Assembly: GCA_002269645.1 (NCBI GenBank)
Contig: NIVC01000173.1
Coordinates: 682,001-746,000 of the forward strand
Reading direction: 5' to 3'
DNA: 64,000 nucleotides
Origin: Macrostomum lignano
Taxonomy: Eukaryota
Part shown: piece after piece, positions 12,809-25,070 of the stretch
Numbering within the stretch: position 1 is the first letter of the stretch
How the letters are laid out: every line of letters starts with the position of its first letter
The notes under the pieces: model-generated
Seen by the model: the letters and a program-made list of their open reading frames with translations, nothing else
Databases searched by the model: none
What the model was told of the DNA's origin: nothing
Program-made: the position numbers and the translations under genes

Positions 12809-15800
12809 ATGGGCCGTCGGAAACAGCTGGCGCCGCAGTCGCAGTACAGCCGAATGTCCGGCATTCTTGGTGTCGATGTAGTCGTTGCCGACGGTGAGTG
12901 TTGTTTATCGACCGAGTATCGCTTGGTCTTGGCTTCTAATGTCTAATGTTTGGGTATGGGTGGGATTACAGAATAAAACTGTGCCCCTCTGGAGCCTCTA
13001 AAAAAATCGTCCTGGTATGCTATCAGAGAATTCATATACGGAGGGCTCACACACGCTCACACAGGGTGCACAGCAGCCCTGACTTTCTAATCGCCAGGCA
13101 TGTACACTCTCTGTGCCCTGAGCCTTGGCCCTCATGGCTGCGAATCTCATGACTACACGCGGGCCCTTGGATTCGAACCAGGGGTCTTGACGACGCGAGA
13201 GTGCTCTGCCTCCTCCGAAGATGCAAAAGTGATCAATCCCAAGGGATTTTAGTCAGCGCCATTAAGGGCCAAGCCTTTGCGGATTGGGAATTGAAATTTT
13301 TAGCAGAAAAGTATAAATTTAAGTGACTTCTTGGATCAAACAGATTTTTGCATCGGAGAAGCCGGTTACTGCCGGTTATGGCATCTGTAATGCCTGTGGG
13401 AAACTACTGCGCATAAGTTTATGGCAATGAATTGAATTCGATTTTATCATTAGAAAAAACGTTTGTGTTGCGGAAGGCTTGGCTGAGGTTTTGCTCCGAC
13501 ACTGTAATTGTTTCTTCAAAATAACAAAGAAAATTTTCCTTTCAAAAATTGACACAGATTTTCTTAGAGAAATGCTGAACACAATGGTTTATGTTGTCGC
13601 TTGTCGTTTGTGCTGTGATTTGTGTTGTTATTATTGCTCATTGGCGTCGTTTGTGTTGTTGCTGTTTGTGCTGTTGTCGTTTGTGTTGCTGTCGTTAGTG
13701 TTGTTGCTGTTTGTGCTGTTGTCGTTTGTGTTGCTGTCGTTTGTGTTGTTGCTGTTTGTGCTGTTGTCGTTTGTGTTGCTGTCGTTTGTGTTGTTGCTGT
13801 TTGTGCTGTTGTCGTTTGTGTTGCTGTCGTTTGTGTTGTTGCTGTTTGTGCTGTTGTCGTTTGTGTTGCTGTCGTTAGTGTTGTTGCTGTTTGTGCTGTT
13901 GTCGTTTGTGTTGCTGTCGTTTGTGTTGTTGCTGTTTGTGCTGCTGTCGTTTGTGTTGCTGTCGTTTGTGTTGTTGCTGTTTGTGCTGCTGTCGTTTGTG
14001 TTGCTGTCGTTTGTGTTGTTGCTGTTTGTGCTGTTGCTGTTTGTGCTGTTGCTGTTTGTGCTGCTGTCGTTTGTGTTGCTGTCGTTTGTGTTGTTGCTGT
14101 TTGTGCTGCTGTCGTTTGTGTTGCTGTCGTTTTTGATGTTGTCGTTTGTATTGTTGTCATTTGTGGTGTCGTTTGTCTTACTGTCGTTTGTTTTGTTGTC
14201 TTTCGTGTTGTTGTCGTTTGTGTTGGGAAGGGGTCTCCGTTTAATGTTGTTGTTGGGTTGGTGTTGTTTGTGTTGTCAATAGCTGGTGTGTTGTTTTGTT
14301 GTTGAGTTGTTTACTCTGGCATGCACATGGTTTTGTTACCCTGAGTTGTTGTCCTTATTGTCAAAGGTACATTGTGCCGCTACCACTAGACATATTGCAT
14401 ATATCTCACGGGTCTAAAAGCAGACCAGAGCCTTCTCTATAATAGAAAGCCATCATTCGTCCGTGGGCAGGCGGCCCTCAGGACTGGGAGAGGTTGAGGG
14501 GGGGGGGGCGCGGAACACGCGGCGGCGAGCGGCCCTCAGCCTCCCTAAACTAATACCGTCGCGGGGCTCTCCCTGGGGAGGTGTTTTGAGAAGCGAAGCG
14601 CGCGCGAGATGCAGAATTGACGGCCTCCGCCGCCACCGAGGCGAGGCTGTGTGTGGCCAGGGGGGGGGCGATGTGCGGGAAGTGAAAAAGGGGATTGCAC
14701 TGGGACCAACAAAATCCCCAAGGCTCCACGCCGCTCCCAACTTCGACCTTCATGAGCGCCTCGCGCGGATCTCCCCTCGCTAGGGAATTCTCACTGAACC
14801 GCTCTCTGATCCTCTACCCGCCTCCTCCCAGCGTCTCTCGGTCTCCATCTCGGTCTCCAGCAGCTGAAATCCCTATTGGGGGAGCGACCGGGGAGACAAC
14901 TCTCTCTCTCTCTCTCTCTCTCTCCTTTCCCAGGGAAAACAATCATTTCTTCTCCCTCAGCCTGTCTAGCCTCGGAAATATCCCTAGGGATTTCTGCTTG
15001 CCGCTGCTGTAAAGACCCGCCTCGCATTGCTTGCTTGACTACCAAAATGCTTTTTGCTGCTTCTGCTTGCTGCTGTCTCTACCTCTGTTCGCGCTGCTTT
15101 TCAGGTTGCTTAGCTTGTCGAATTCTCTCGGGAGAACTCTTTTGGGAGAGGGGGGGTAGGGAGAGTTCCATCTAGACAGACTGCTAGGCAAAGAGAGAAT
15201 GATCGAGGATGGAGCTTCTGGGATGAGCAGCCAAGGGTGAGAGTGGGAGAGAGGAAAAAGACTGAAGTATCCAGCAGTCGGGCTTTTCTTGAGTTGCCAT
15301 GCGCAGATCACGGAGGTGAAATAATATGAAGCACTATTTTCTACCTCATGTCAAGTGTCTTCTAGCTTAAGATTCTACCTATTTACTCATTTGTTTGCTT
15401 CTCTATCCACCTGTCTGTCTACTTCTCTATCCGCCGGTCTACCCCTCTATCCACCTGTCTACTTCTCTATCCGCCGGTCTACCCCTCCATCCACCTGTCT
15501 ACTTCTCTATCCGCCGGTCTACCCCTCTATCCACCTGTCTACTTCTCTATCCGCCGGTCTACCCCTCCATCCACCTGTCTACTTCTCTATCCGCCGGTCT
15601 ACCCCTCTATCCACCTGTCTACTTCTCTATCCGCCGGTCTACTCCTCTATCCACCTGTCTATTTCTCTATCCACCTGTCTACTTCTCTATCCACCTGTCT
15701 ACTTCTCTATCCACCTGTCTACTTCTCTATTCACCTGTCTACTTCTCTATCCGCCGGTCTACTCCTCTATCCACCTGTCTATTTCTCTATCCACCTGTCT

Positions 15801-18058
15801 ACTTCTCTATCCACCTGTCTATTTCTCTATCCACCTGTCTATTTCTCTATCCACCTGTCTATTTCTCTATCCACCTGTCTACTTCTCTATCCACCTGTCT
15901 ACTTCTCTATCCGCCGGTCTACTCCTCTATCCACCTGTCTACTTCTCTATCCACCTGTCTTCTTCTCTATCCGCCGGTCTACTCCTCTATCCACCTGTCT
16001 ACTTCTCTATCCACCTGTCTAATTCTCTATCCACCTGTCTATTTCTCTATTTTCCCGTCTACTTCTCTGTCCACCAAGGCACAGAGAGTGAAGATTCCTG
16101 ACTAATGACAGAAAGTCAGAGCCGCTGTACACCCTGTGTACGAGTACGCTTGTAGTGCTCAGGAGCCAGGGTGCCCACAGCTTCCCTGCATTTATTCTTT
16201 ATGACTATGCGTGTACATCAACTATTCAAAACATTTGCCCGCTGACACATGCGACATTATCACAGATGAATGCGACAGCGGCAGTGCGGCAGACGCTACC
16301 TCACTGAACGCGTCAATCAAGGCGGAGCCGCGGTCGCAGCACCCTGTGGTTGTTGAAACAATCAACAACAATGACAATAACAACGAGGAACAAGAAGCAG
16401 ACGACATTGAAGAAGAAGAAGAAGCAGCAACAGAAGAAGAAGACTCGGAAGAATTATCCTCAGATCCGTCATCCACAGACAGCAGCGGTCGGCTCCGCTG
16501 CTCCGTGTGCAAGAAGCTGTTCAAGCACAAGAAGAGTCTGCAGCGCCACGTGCAGCTACACTCGGGCGTCAGGAAGCACAAGTGCGCCTTCTGCAGCGCC
16601 GCCTTTGTCCGATCCGACCACCTGCGCTCGCACGTTCGGACTCATTCGGCAAAGAGGAAACGATCGGATTCGAACTCGGACAGTCGGCGGACAATTGAGG
16701 CCATGGACGGCGAGCAAGAGGACGAGCTCGAAGTCGGCGTCGCAGTCGAAGCGGCGAAAATGACGAAGCGACGACGTTGCCATAGAAACGATGAAGAAGT
16801 TGAATACGAAAAAGGTGCGAGTCTATTTTTAAGCTGCTACTCAAAGTAGAAAATATAGCGTTTTATGGAATTTTTAGAGAAACAAAAGCACAAACTGAAT
16901 TTTTTCCTTCATAACTTCACTGTTCCGTCATTAGATTAGTTCAGATTTGGTCTCATGTATTCTCTCAATGATTTCTCACGTCTCATCTTATTCTATCATG
17001 ATGTATCACGTCTCATCTCATTAATTCTTGTTATTATTCAGTCTTGATTTCTAATGTCTCATCTCATTCTATCTGGATTTCTCATGTCTGATCTCATTCT
17101 GTCTTGATTTCTCATGTAATCTTACTCTATCTTGACGTAAGATGTATTATACTTATAAGTTTGAATGTTCAAAGTTGAGTACCTCTAACACCCAGCCTTC
17201 TAACATATTCCTATTTTACGAGCTAATCAACTTAATCAACTTTTTAATCAACCTTTCAGACTCGTCAAGCTCGGCAAGCCAGCAGCACAGTGACATCAAG
17301 CACCATTCGTCATCAGCTTCAAACTCAGCATCAAAATGCTGCGCAGAAACGCAACTCAGCCACCAAGAAGTCGACCTCCTCGAAAATCAGAACCAAAGCC
17401 CTACTAATAGTAGTAGACTAAGCGCGGATAGCAACGCCCTAGCAACGGACACTAACAACGTGTCAATCATCGCGTCGCCACAGACGTCGCAGCTTGCCGT
17501 GGATTCGGCGGCAGAATTCAGCCTCTACCTTCATCATCAGCATCAGCAGCAGCAGCAGCACTATCCACTGCATCAAATCTGTGCTCCCGAAGCAGCTCTG
17601 CTGGCCCAATCAACTCCGTTTTCTCCGTCCATCTGCGGCTTCTGTGGCGCCCTAGCAACTAAACAGAGCGAAGCGATCTACCATCTGATCGCGCACTGCG
17701 CTAGGCAGGAGTGTCAGTACGCCTGCGGCGTGTGCGGATGCCAGTGCCGGGATCCGGAGAGTCTGAGAGCTCACGCTAGTCAGGTGCACACTGCCCAGGT
17801 GTACCGCTGCTCCGCCGTCGGCTGCGGCGTCCTGTCTGAGACGGCCGACTCGGCTGAGGCGCATTTCCTCCGGGTTCACGCACAGGAGAGGCGCAGTCTG
17901 GCCTGCGCGCTCTGCCCCGGGCGGCTGTTTGACCGGCATGGCGACCTGTACGAGCACCTGGTTGGCGCCCACTTTGCCGCCGCCGGTGCCAACTTCGCCG
18001 CAGCTCCGCCGCCGCAGGTGCCGTCGCAAACAATACCGACATCTCTGCCCCTAATAGC

Positions 18059-18092
<34 letters not shown>

Positions 18093-20991
18093 TCGGAAAA
18101 GCGACAATCGAACACGAAGGAGAAGGAACGCCAGGTGAATATTGGCTTTTGTCGCTTATATAGTGTTGCATTCCTTATAGCGTTATATTTCTTTTAGTGT
18201 ACATTCCTTATAGTGTACATTCCTTATAGTGTACATTCCTTATAGTGTACATTCCTTATAGTGTAGATTCCTTATAGTGTACACTCCTTATAGTGTACAT
18301 TCCTTATAGTGTACAATCCTTATAGTGTACATTTCTTATAGTGTACATTCCTTATAGTGTTACATTCCTTATAGTGTACATTCCTTATAGCGTCACATTC
18401 CTTATAGTGTTACATTCCTTATAGTGTACAATCCTTATAGTGTACATTTCTTATAGTGTACATTCCTTATAGTGTTACATTCCTTATAGTGTACATTCCT
18501 TATAGTGTTACATTCCTTATAGTGTTACATTCCTTATAGTGTTACATTCCTTATAGTGTTACATTCCTTATAGTGTTACATTCCTTATAGTGTACATTCC
18601 TTATAGTGTACATTCCTTATAGTGTACATTCCTTATAGTGTACATTCCTTATAGTGTAGATTCCTTATAGTGTACACTCCTTATAGTGTTACATTCCTTA
18701 CTACAGTGTACATTACTGCTTCGTCAGATTTAGACATCCTCTTGAGTGTCACCTCTTAAGTAAACAAAATCAAACCCTCTTCCCTTCAATTTCGCCAGTC
18801 GACCCCTCAGCCTCATCTGCAGCAGCCATCGCCGCTAGTTTTGTCCAGAGTGGCCCAAGAGCTGGCCAAACTATGTAGTTATTGCGGCCGCCAATTCCCA
18901 GACGAGCATAAAGTACTCGAGCACCAAGTTTGCGAGCACAGATTAGGGAATGGAGAGTCAGATTGCGAAGCGCAAACCGCAACAGCAACAACAAATTCGG
19001 CTGAAGCAACAAATCATGGTAGCCAGCAGAAACAGGCGAAGCCGTCGCTATTGCATCATCATTGCTGCTCCTATTGCGGTCACCAAGCTAGGAGCAATTC
19101 TGAATTGGACCGACATTTGAAGACGGTGCACCGAGTTTTCGGCAAGATGGGAGCTGACGCGGATAAACAACTGCAGCAGCATTGGTGCAAGATTTGCGAC
19201 GAAAAGTAAGCGATTTATTAAATTTTTTAATGACAATTTTATCATAGCGCATCATCAGTGCTCAGGAGCTCCTTCTGAGGTTGTCTTTCACCCAAAAATG
19301 ACTCGGTGTGACTGTGTATTTTGCCTTACTTTGTCCAGCGCCACACCCACCAACTCCCACCCTGCCAGATTCGGCAGCCACAGTCAGCTGGAACAGCACA
19401 AACTGACGCGTCATCGACATCAAACTCAGCCAGTACCGCCTCAGCACGATCATCCCGGCAACAATCACCATAGCCATGTAAGCGCTATCGACGCTGAACA
19501 AAACGCAAAGCGTCGATCTGATGAGAGTTCAAAAGTTCAATCAACAACAGCGGCACATCGTTGTACAACCTGCGGACGACCAGTTGCAAAGACTTCGACG
19601 TCGTTAATAACGACGCTAAAACGCAAATCCATGGACGCTGCCGCTCCGTTGCTATGTGACGCATGCGACGTTACCAAGGCGACGCTTTGCCCATTCTGCA
19701 TCCAGACTTTTGACAGCCCGGCTCAACTCAGGACGCACCTGGTTGAGCAGCACGCCGTCTCCGCGCCGCCACCGACGACCGCCGTCTGTGCTGACATCAA
19801 GCCGACAGCATCCTCGGCCGACTCTCTAGCGATGGCCTATGCTCAGCTCAATTCGCTGGCCTATGAAGCGACAAAAACTGTCATGGCTGCCGCCACTGCC
19901 ACTGCTTCTGCCCCAGCATCAGCATCTGCTTCGATCACATCAACAGCAACATCACGGATAGCGCATCCAAAGGCGCCTGCATCGTCAGTGACGGCATCCA
20001 CATCCTCGACATCCTCTCGCGATCTGTCCGGCTTCTACTTCAGCAAAGTGAACGGAAAATTCACCTGTCAGGTGTGCGACAAAGGCTTCACAAAAGAGGA
20101 CGACCTGACAAGTCATCGATTGGTTCACTTGACGGCTCTGGTCAGCCGGAGCAGCGAGCCAGTGACGTCACCCCGTCAGAATTCGGCAGCCGAGAAAACG
20201 TCCCATCCAGTCATCAATGGCGCAACGACAATGACGTCATCAAGACGATCGAGACGACTCAACGAAATCAGCATCGGTAAAGCATCGGTTCGAACGACGC
20301 GTCACAAGAAATCGACGTGTGAGGCGGGATTTTTTAATCATTTTTTGCATTTCTAAGATTGTTGCATTTCCACCGCTGCTGCATGGTGCTCCGGCCTTGA
20401 TGCCGACGCTTAAGTCCTTAATTGAGTCACTTCAATGGGTACCTAACCAGAATACTTGGATAGCCACCAGATGTGCAACCGACAGCTCAGCCGCAGCTAT
20501 TGCGCGGCGCATCTGAAGGCTGCGTACGGCTGTTCAGTGCAAGGACTGGGGGGAGGGGGGGGGGTCGCCACCCACAACCCCTCAATTACCCCAGCTAATG
20601 CTGGCACCCATTTAGAACTTGGGGAACTGAAGCAGTGCAGAGTTGTGTCTTGCTCAGACAGAAATGGTTCCCAGTGGACCTTTCAGTCGGGAGCAAGACG
20701 CTCACCACTAGGTTATACAATCCGTTTAGGTTTGAAAAATAAAGAGATTCTTATAACTTTTTGTGCATCAGTTCTAAAGCAAAGTGCTACATATTCCTCA
20801 ATCTAAAATCGAAATATTCTGACCCAAAAATTCCAGCCATTGTCAGACGATGTGCCACCTGTCCGCGCAAATTCCTATCGTGGAAATCGCGCCTACTGCA
20901 TCGGCTGTTTAAGCATTGGAAAAAATGGAAGTCGCTTGATATGCTGACCGGAACTCCAATTAAGAAGTTAAGAAGAATTAACTGGAAATAA
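12809..20991 (+). CDS. ZNF423: ZNF423/ZNF521 (Oaz)-like multi-C2H2 zinc-finger protein with N-terminal NuRD-recruitment motif, about 1006 aa, about 12 fingers
   Basis: join(12809..12893,16266..16814,17260..18134,18799..19205,19369..20318,20837..20991) = 3021 nt, in phase; the exon 4 acceptor could alternatively be 18811. Exon 1 begins MGRRKQLAPQ. The finger pair CSVCKKLFKHKKSLQRHVQLHSGVRKHKCAFCSAAFVRSDHLRSHVRTH matches the recalled ZNF423 LFKHKRSRDRHIKLHTG..C..CEAAFSRSDHLKIHLKTH. One finger (WCKICDEK|FGSHSQLEQHKLTRH) is rebuilt exactly by the 19205/19369 splice. The last finger is CATCPRKF. Exact orthology is less certain than the family. Confidence 0.8.
13155..13210 (-). mobile_element. tRNA-derived SINE-head remnant (B box)
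   Basis: Minus strand GGTTCGAATCC at 13169-13179. The A box and cloverleaf are not intact. Confidence 0.35.
13630..14225. repeat. A-free GT-rich tandem repeat, 15-bp base unit GTTTGTGTTGYTGYY (ZF intron 1)
   Basis: Direct reading. Source of the poly-VLL, VVC and TTATQ ORFs. Confidence 0.95.
15405..16060. repeat. Minisatellite, 20-bp unit CCACCTGTCTACTTCTCTAT (ZF intron 1)
   Basis: About 32 tandem units with two alternating variants. Confidence 0.95.
18195..18705. repeat. Minisatellite, 16/17-bp unit TAGTGT(T)ACATTCCTTA (ZF intron 3)
   Basis: About 30 tandem units read directly. Confidence 0.95.
20470..20712 (-). mobile_element. CORE-type tRNA-derived SINE (ZF intron 5)
   Basis: Minus strand: A-box-like CCTAGTGGTGAGCGTC, then CTGAGCAAGACACAACTCTGCACTGCTTCAGTTCC...TAAATGGGTGCC, which resembles the MIR/CORE domain. 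20479..20644 is clearly homologous to 48331..48493 in the opposite orientation. Confidence 0.65.
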
Positions 20992-21494
20992 CCAACTGAA
21001 GCTTAATTAGCTGACAGTATTTTATTGTTATAAGAGTGCGTAGAACAATTTAATTGTTATCGCTGTCCTTATACACGTAATGTGTTTATCAGTTTTACTT
21101 TTAGATACAGCGCTTACAAATGCTTGATTAATAGATACATGTATCATAAACATCTGCCTTTTTTCTGCACTTGGAAATGGTTAGGAGTTAGGAAGTGTTC
21201 GTTTGTTTCTTTGCAATAATTTTCTTGTATATTTGACTAGCATTCTTAGCCCCCCGGGGGGGTCACAGATGGAATTGAAATTAATAATCTAATAAAACTC
21301 AACATGCAAATTGCCATCTACAAAAAGTCTATTGTCAGTTTTTCCAGTTTATAATCAATCAAAAAGCATTAATCTTGACATTTAGCTTTCCAGTATAGCT
21401 TGACATTTTAGCATATCTGCAACCGCTTTAAACCTTGTTATCTCAGCAACTCCCCCACTGAGACTTGGCATCTCAGCAACTCCCCCAGTGAGCC

Positions 21495-21545
21495 ATGGCA
21501 TCTTAACCAAGAGCGCCGCGCTAGACCACCAGGCTACGGCCCACC
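21495..21545 (-). mobile_element. tRNA-like SINE-head fragment (A box)
   Basis: Minus strand GTAGCCTGGTGGTCTAGCGCGGCG, next to a short tandem duplication at about 21440-21505. Confidence 0.3.
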
Positions 21546-22197
21546 GGATTCGGAACATAAGATATAAATCAATTTAGCGGCTACAAAATACTGAGCATAT
21601 CATATTTCGCCAATGCATAAACGTGAAATAACTTGAGTCGAAATTCAAGCAAACTACTTGTAGTTTTTATGTTCAAGGTAAAGTCTCAAAGAACGGAAGA
21701 AGTATGTTTATAACAGATTTTACTAGTAAGTATTCATATTTTATTAGCTTCAAAATCGGACAAATAAATTAATGAGATAAACTGAACATAAAAAACACGG
21801 AAACTCAGCATGCAGTGGATCCAGAGCTCTGACTAGAGTTGATTGCTGATAAGCATAAAAATGTGAGCAGGGTTTTGATTCTAAGCATAGAAGTTAATAG
21901 TTTTACTATACTCGCACAAGACAACCGCAAAAATGTGCAGAATTCAGAACAAAGGAATACAACACACAGCAGGAGTTTAATTTACTATTTAAGAAAACTT
22001 CAAGTTCATCAAATACTACTTATAGTATTATTTTGAAAGATAGCAGCAATTAGAGGATAAAAACAATTATGCTAGCGAATAAAATGACAGAGATTATAAC
22101 GTAACATAAGCATACATTTGTTATATTCAACTAACAGTTTTTCAAAATCAATTGCAAACTTTATCCATTCGAAGCAAGAGAGTTAGAAAATGTTTCA

Positions 22198-22267
22198 GTG
22201 GGATCAGGAATCGAACCCCCGACCTTTTAAGTCGTGAGTCTGACGCTCTGACCACTAGGCTACAACC
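22198..22267 (-). pseudogene. tRNA pseudogene or tRNA-derived SINE head (tRNA-Met-like)
   Basis: Minus strand GTAGCCTAGTGGTCAGAGCGTCAGACTCACGACTTAAAAGGTCGGGGGTTCGATTCCTGATCCCA has an A box and a B box (GGTTCGATTCC), but the anticodon and acceptor stems do not pair well. Confidence 0.55.
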
Positions 22268-22343
22268 CAAGATCTTGTAAAGCTGGCCTTCAAATATTTT
22301 CTAAGATTATTACTTGTAGTATTGCAGTTCCGGTTTCCATAAT

Positions 22344-22817
22344 TCAACTATTCTTCTTTCCATAAGTCTGCTCGAGTTCTGCCGTCTCGGCCGCCAGTTC
22401 GCGTTCCCGCTGCCACACCTGCACTCGAATCACTAAGCGGCATAGCAACAATAGACCGAATACCATTCCGTGCGAAGCTTCCTTCAATCCTTGGCCAAGA
22501 CTCCACACAGCGTGTAAATTAATTAATAACAGGCCCAGCAGGGCTAGATTGCTGGCATCTCTTATTGGCCCGGGACACACGGCTAGCAACAGCCCAGCAA
22601 CCGATTCTGCCGAACCGTACACTCGGCGCCAAGAATGAGGATTAGGCGCCCAACCGGTGATGGAATGCAACGGGAATGTGCCGGCTGTTTGAATAAATAT
22701 CTTTCTCATGTCTCGGTAAAGCTGATCGGAGAATAGCGGGCACAGCTTCAGCATGCCGAAGAATAGAAAAAACAGACCGACCGTGATGCTGATTGCGTTC
22801 AGAGCCAAGTTGCTCAT
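22344..22817 (-). CDS. TMEM35A: TMEM35/NACHO nicotinic acetylcholine receptor chaperone (DoxX-like), 157 aa, single coding exon
   Basis: GLFFLFFGMLKLCP..SDQLYRDM, GSAESVAGLLLAVCPG..RDASN and HGMVFGLLLLCRL align with recalled TMEM35A motifs (GLFFVFMGTIKLTP, GALEVACG, KDVAN, HALVFGILLTCRL). Four hydrophobic segments. Confidence 0.9.
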   Translation of the reverse strand: MSNLALNAISITVGLFFLFFGMLKLCPLFSDQLYRDMRKIFIQTAGTFPLHSITGWAPNPHSWRRVYGSAESVAGLLLAVCPGPIRDASNLALLGLLLINLHAVWSLGQGLKEASHGMVFGLLLLCRLVIRVQVWQRERELAAETAELEQTYGKKNS

Positions 22818-22899
22818 TGTAAAGGGTTGGTTAGCAGCAAAAGTTTTTGTCAGTGAGAGACTGTCAGATTTGTGTTGGCGAGATTCACAAGACTCCTGG

Positions 22900-23715
22900 C
22901 CTAGATTGACCTAGATTCTCAGGTGAGAATGGAATGAGATTGATCTAGATTTTCGGTGAGATTGACCTAGCTTCTCAGGTGAGATTTGAGTGATACTGGC
23001 CTAGATTCTTAGGTGACATAAACTGAGAATTCAGGGTGAGATTAACTTAAATTCAATGGTGAGATTAACTATGAATCCAGAGTGAGATTAACTTAAATTC
23101 AAAGGTGAGATTATCTGAGAATACAGAGTGAGATTAACTGAGAATTCAGGGTGAGATTATCTTAAATTCAAGGGTGAGATTAACTGAGAATCAAGGGTGA
23201 GATTAACTTAAATTCAAGGGTGAGATTAACTGAGAATCAAGGGTGAGAATAACTTAAATTCAAGGGGAGATTAACTATGTATTCAGGGTGAGATAAACTT
23301 AAATTCAAGGGTGAGATTATCCGAGAATCCAGAGTGAGATTAGCTGAGAATCCAGGGTGATATTATCTGATAAACCAGAGTGAGATTATCTGAGAAACCA
23401 GAGTGAGATTATCCGAGAATCCAGAGTGAGATTAACTGAGAATCAAGGGTGAGATTATCTGAGAATCCAAGTTGAGATTATCTGAGAATCCAGGGTGAGA
23501 TTATCTGAGAATTCAGGGTGAGATTATCTGAGAATACAGGTTGAGATTATCTGAGAATCCAAGTTAAGATTATCTGAGAATCCAGGGTGAGATCATCTGA
23601 GAATCCAGGGTGAGATTATCTGAGAATACAGGTTGAGATTATCTGAGAAACCAGAGTGAGATTATCTGATGATACAGGTTGAGATTATCCGAGAATCCAG
23701 GGTGAGATTATCTGA
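22900..23715. repeat. Minisatellite, 23-bp unit GGGTGAGATTATCTGAGAATCCA
   Basis: About 35 tandem units upstream of TMEM35. Confidence 0.93.
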
Positions 23716-24424
23716 GATTGTGAGGCATTTTAAGCAACTAAAATGAAAAAAACGGAAAAAGCGAATCTCCAAAAGCAACAGCAACAAGCAGCATTGGAAC
23801 AGCAACTAATTGTAATTTTTGCAAAAAAACACCTGAAAAGTACATAAATTGTAGAGGAGACAAAATGAATAAATGAACTACATGTATAAGCGACATATTG
23901 GCAAAGAGCGATTTTTTCATAGTTACGAAAGGGAAAAATTATGAAATATGCAGGAAAATATGATTTGAAAAGGGAAACCTACAGCATTTACAGCAATTAT
24001 TAATAGAAGCATACAAACAATAGTCAGTCAAAATTATAAAGTTGTCAATGGCTCCTATTTACAACGGCGAATACAATTGATTTTTATTATTTAAACACCA
24101 ACAATAATTCACATTCAACAGCAAAGTTCTTACACAGAAAATAAGTTGGACAAAATGTGTTTGTTAAAAGTACAACCAAACCTATATTCACCGAAGCACC
24201 ATACGAGGCTCAAATCAACGCTGTTATAAAGACAAAGCAGCACAACAGCAGTTATTTTTCTAAATTTTTTAGCTAGCATCATTAGATCAGGGTACATTAC
24301 TGAGATTTTACTTTAATTAAGTAGTTATTAAAGCATAAACAAACAAAATGGGGGTCTGTGGTCAAAAAGGAACACTGCAATGTGTCTATTGGATGAGACC
24401 AACAGAGGGGGAATTGCCCCACCA

Positions 24425-24950
24425 CCAAGGTGTCTATGGGATAACAGGAGGGGCATTGACCCCCACAAGGTGTCTAAGGGATAACAGGAGGGGCATTGAC
24501 CCCCACAAGGTGTCTATGGGATAACAGGAGGGGCATTGACCCCCACAAGGTGTCTATGGGATAACAGGAGGGGCATTGACCCCCACAAGGTGTCTATGGG
24601 ATAACAGGAGGGGCATTGACCCCCACAAGGTGTCTATGGGATAACAGGAGGGGCATTGACCCCCACAAGGTGTCTATGGGATAACAGGAGGGGCAGTGAC
24701 CCCCCTAAGGTGTCTGTGAGATAGGGATCAAAAGAAGAGGGGGCACTGACCCCTACAAGGTGTCTATGGGATAACAGAAAGGCCAGTGACCCCTAAAGTG
24801 TCTGAGATGGGTATCAACAGAAGCGGGGGCATATTGACCCCCAAGGTGTCTGTAAGATGGGGATTAATAGAAGAGGAGAAGAGGGGGCACCCCCGCAACT
24901 TCCACAAGGTGTCTATGGGATAGGGACCAACAGAAGAGGGGAAATGGACC
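24425..24950. repeat. Minisatellite, 40-bp unit ATAACAGGAGGGGCATTGACCCCCACAAGGTGTCTATGGG
   Basis: About 6 near-perfect and several degenerate head-to-tail copies, with no spacers. Confidence 0.93.
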
Positions 24951-25070
24951 CCCTGAGGGACCCAAGATTTTAGAATCAAACGGCAAATCAACTGATGATA
25001 AACTAAAAGCAGCAATCTACAATTTTGCCATAAAATAAGAAGCTTACGGCAGCTATTCGAACGTCAATAA

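Noticed and set aside
13479-14305. Mucin-like TTATQ ORF (-) and hydrophobic poly-VLL/VVC ORFs (+)
   Set aside because: Products of a GT-rich repeat inside an intron, with no signal peptide or non-repetitive domain and no credible splice context.
12060-15360. Helitron interpretation of the two GC-rich islands (TCTATA-like starts)
   Set aside because: No A|TC insertion context and no hairpin plus CTRR 3' end could be matched.
24425-24950. CRISPR-like regular repeat (40 bp) and other regular arrays
   Set aside because: Units are head-to-tail with no unique spacers, there are no cas genes and the context is eukaryotic.
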